In this document: one piece after another, positions 31,613 to 33,631 of the stretch
Numbering within the stretch: the first letter of the stretch is position 1
Layout: every line of letters starts with the position of its first letter
IMG/VR virus record: IMGVR_UViG_3300048598_000014
Span: 1-33,631 of that record
DNA length: 33,631 nucleotides
Strand: one strand, 5' to 3'
Source of the DNA: a virus
The notes under the pieces: model-generated
The model's database searches: none
Told to the model about the DNA's origin: nothing
The model's input: only the letters and a program-made list of their open reading frames with translations
Program-made: the position numbers and the translations under genes

Positions 31613-32572
31613 ATGAGTGAAAATCATAAATATTATTATCTGAAACTCAAGGATAATTTTTTTGACAGTGAGGAAATGAAGCTGCTGGACACGATGAAGA
31701 ACGGTAAAGACTATCAGATTCTTTATTTGAAATTGTGCCTGCTGTCATTAAAAAATGACGGAGCGCTGATGTTCAAGGGCATGATTCCGTACGATTTTTC
31801 GATGATTTCTACGATTACAAATATGTCAATTGACACCGTAAAAACGGCTCTGGAACTGTTCAAAAAAATCGGTCTTGTAACGGTCACTGACACCGGAACA
31901 ATTTACATGTCGGATATACAATTGCTTATAGGGCAATCAACTACGGAGGCTGAGCGCCAACAGAAGTACAGACAGCGCATAACAAATGTTACAACAAATG
32001 TAGATACAAGTGTACAACATTTATGTAACAAAAGTAGTAACAAATGTAACAACAAATGTGCAACAAACGGACACCAGAGATTAGATATTAGAGATAAGAG
32101 ATTAGAGAATAATATTATTGCTCCTGCTACCGCAGTAGCCGACACGCAAAAAACAACAGACGCTCCTGTTGATAAAATCAAGCACACGGAGGAATACAAG
32201 GAAGTCGAGGGACACTACACAGAGCAGTGGGCAATACTGTACACGGAGAAGAAGGTGGTTACGGACAAGCCTGCAATCGACTTCAAGATAACGCGGACAT
32301 TGCTCAAGGGTCTTTTTGAAAGCGGATTCACTGTTGAGCAGATAAACGGTGTCGTTGACAAGGCGATGCGTGACGGATTCATTCAGCAGAACGGCTACTC
32401 GCTCAAGACTATTCTGAGCGCGGGCATGTTCAACAAATTGCTTAACGGTAGCGAGCCTGAGAAGGAGTGGGACGTATCCAAGCAGGGACTGCTGGGACGG
32501 CATGAGGGCAAGAAGCGCGACTGGAGCGAGTACTATGCGCCTGATCCAGATGCTCAGGACTGCACATACTAG
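31613..32572 (+). CDS. phage replisome organizer (DnaD-like)
   Basis: N-terminus KYYYLKLKDNFFDSEEMKLLD...GKDYQILYLKLCLLSLKNDG matches the Phage_rep_org_N pattern. ATG 31613 follows GAGGTG. Confidence 0.8.
   Translation: MSENHKYYYLKLKDNFFDSEEMKLLDTMKNGKDYQILYLKLCLLSLKNDGALMFKGMIPYDFSMISTITNMSIDTVKTALELFKKIGLVTVTDTGTIYMSDIQLLIGQSTTEAERQQKYRQRITNVTTNVDTSVQHLCNKSSNKCNNKCATNGHQRLDIRDKRLENNIIAPATAVADTQKTTDAPVDKIKHTEEYKEVEGHYTEQWAILYTEKKVVTDKPAIDFKITRTLLKGLFESGFTVEQINGVVDKAMRDGFIQQNGYSLKTILSAGMFNKLLNGSEPEKEWDVSKQGLLGRHEGKKRDWSEYYAPDPDAQDCTY
31981..32106. repeat. iteron cluster / candidate origin of replication inside the replisome organizer gene
   Basis: AACAAATGT occurs four times (31981, 31993, 32039, 32051), followed by three AGAGAT(T/A)AGA repeats in an AT-rich stretch. 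Confidence 0.5.
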
Positions 32573-32583
32573 GAGGTGTAAAA

Positions 32584-32892
32584 ATGATGGACGAACTGCT
32601 TAAAGAAATTGCACCACTTGTGGCAGCGGAGACAGCACGCGCAAGCAAGCAGTACGGAGACAGGTACGCAAGTGCGCACGAAGCGGAAAGCGTACTGCGG
32701 GAAGAAATTGAAGAACTGGCAGAAGAAAGCATACAGACGCAGATAGAATTGACATCAATGCAGAAAACTTTGCACAAACAACATACTTTAGAAAATTACT
32801 TACAGGTGAAGTTTTATGCTCTAAATGCCGCAGCAGAAGCGGTACAGGTTGCCGCCGTGTGTGAAAAAATATCACGGGGGTTTGAAGAATGA
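32584..32892 (+). CDS. hypothetical protein (102 aa)
   Basis: RBS AGGAGG. Helical, acidic. Confidence 0.55.
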   Translation: MMDELLKEIAPLVAAETARASKQYGDRYASAHEAESVLREEIEELAEESIQTQIELTSMQKTLHKQHTLENYLQVKFYALNAAAEAVQVAAVCEKISRGFEE

Positions 32893-33086
32893 CGAAGTTG
32901 CAAAAATATATCAACGAACAGTTCATAAAGCGAGTGATTGATAATTCATTAGAGCACAAGGCTTATATAAGCGAAGTCAGAAAACGCGCTTATAAAAAGA
33001 ACGTTGGATTGCAGATGTTGAATCTTAAGAGGAAACAGCAGGCAATAGAGAAAAAATTGAAGGAGGTAAATCATGATGACGTTTGA
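32889..33086 (+). CDS. hypothetical protein (65 aa)
   Basis: ATGA overlap with the upstream gene. Confidence 0.5.
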   Translation: MTKLQKYINEQFIKRVIDNSLEHKAYISEVRKRAYKKNVGLQMLNLKRKQQAIEKKLKEVNHDDV

Positions 33087-33270
33087 TTTTGACAACATAC
33101 AAGAAGGAGATATTGCGATACTTCACGGAATAAGGGGTGTGTATAGCAAGACGGATAATAAATCATCATGTTATGGATGTGCGTTTAGAAATGTTACTTG
33201 CTATGAAACACTGTGCGATGAAAATCATATCTGGAAAGATGAATCAGAGGTAAATCATGAAGACATTTGA
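33073..33270 (+). CDS. hypothetical Cys-containing protein (65 aa)
   Basis: RBS AAGGAGG. Overlaps its neighbours. Confidence 0.5.
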   Translation: MMTFDFDNIQEGDIAILHGIRGVYSKTDNKSSCYGCAFRNVTCYETLCDENHIWKDESEVNHEDI

Positions 33271-33559
33271 AGAAGCATGGGAAAATACCCAGAAAGATTA
33301 TTCAGAACTTACAGCAAGTTCGTATGTCGGTCTGTCTCTGAACAGAACGAAGGAACTTGCACGGCAGATGTATGCTGAAGGCGTATCGGCTATGTGCTCG
33401 TTGCAGGACTACAGGAATTTCAACGAATGGTTTGAAAATTACGGTGAGCCGGAAAAGAAGCACTCGACCATGAGTATGAGACGAGAGGACTTGGCGGAGA
33501 AGGCATGGGAAGCGGCGACATATATAGCGGAACATAAAGAAAAGGAGCAGGAAAAATGA
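33257..33559 (+). CDS. hypothetical protein (100 aa)
   Basis: ORF ending in an ATGA overlap with the gene that equals 52..237. Confidence 0.55.
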   Translation: MKTFEEAWENTQKDYSELTASSYVGLSLNRTKELARQMYAEGVSAMCSLQDYRNFNEWFENYGEPEKKHSTMSMRREDLAEKAWEAATYIAEHKEKEQEK

Positions 33560-33631
33560 GAACAAGCATTATGTGGCGGCAAGGTATGCTAGATATGTAC
33601 GGAGAGCGCAAGAGCCTCCGAGACTATCACA
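33505..33631. repeat. second copy of the 127-nt terminal repeat
   Basis: Identical to 1..127. Confidence 0.95.

Noticed and set aside
1-33631. tRNA, tmRNA, rRNA, CRISPR arrays, integrase, transposase/IS elements
   Set aside because: Scanning by eye found no cloverleaf-like GTTCGAATC-type arms, no spacer-repeat arrays and no tyrosine recombinase or DDE motifs. A tRNAscan, Rfam or HMM run would be needed to exclude them formally.

Overview
The window is a complete, circularly closed dsDNA tailed-phage genome of about 33.5 kb. The first 127 nt are repeated exactly at 33505..33631. Almost all genes are on the + strand, tightly packed and often joined by ATGA/TAATG overlaps.

Gene order:
- 52..3285: early small-gene region. 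It holds a DnaC-like loader, two DUF551-like paralogs, an HNH and a zinc ribbon.
- 3573..5765: two tandem ParB-like proteins plus an SPL/COG1533-type radical SAM enzyme.
- 5765..12398: TerS, TerL, a DNA methyltransferase, an SPP1-type portal, a Mu-F-like head protein, scaffold and major capsid.
- 12416..22044: siphovirus neck and tail genes, including the major tail protein, a chaperone, a Gp15-like protein, a 1066-aa tape measure, a baseplate protein and the tail fibre.
- 22051..22839: tail-fibre tip switching locus.
- 22945..24461: lysis cassette with an amidase, a holin and an overlapped spanin pair.
- 24492..25297: two reverse-strand genes behind a divergent promoter region.
- 25572..33559: early, recombination and replication genes. 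These are an Xis-like HTH, VRR-NUC, DUF1351, SSB, RecT, a second methyltransferase, a second HNH, an HTH protein and a replisome organizer with internal iterons.

No tRNA, rRNA, CRISPR array, integrase or transposase was seen.

Most interesting observations:
1. A three-way in-frame tail-fibre tip shufflon whose adjacent serine invertase is internally deleted.
2. An uncharacterised ParB-ParB-radical-SAM module translationally coupled to the terminase.
3. A family of bulged, covarying hairpin repeats that bound small gene cassettes and truncate a duplicated membrane-protein gene.
4. Two promoter / long structured leader / terminator units, in front of the capsid gene and the replication operon.
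5. A spanin pair implying a diderm host for an otherwise Firmicutes-style phage.

All functional calls rest on motifs read by eye. No database search was possible.
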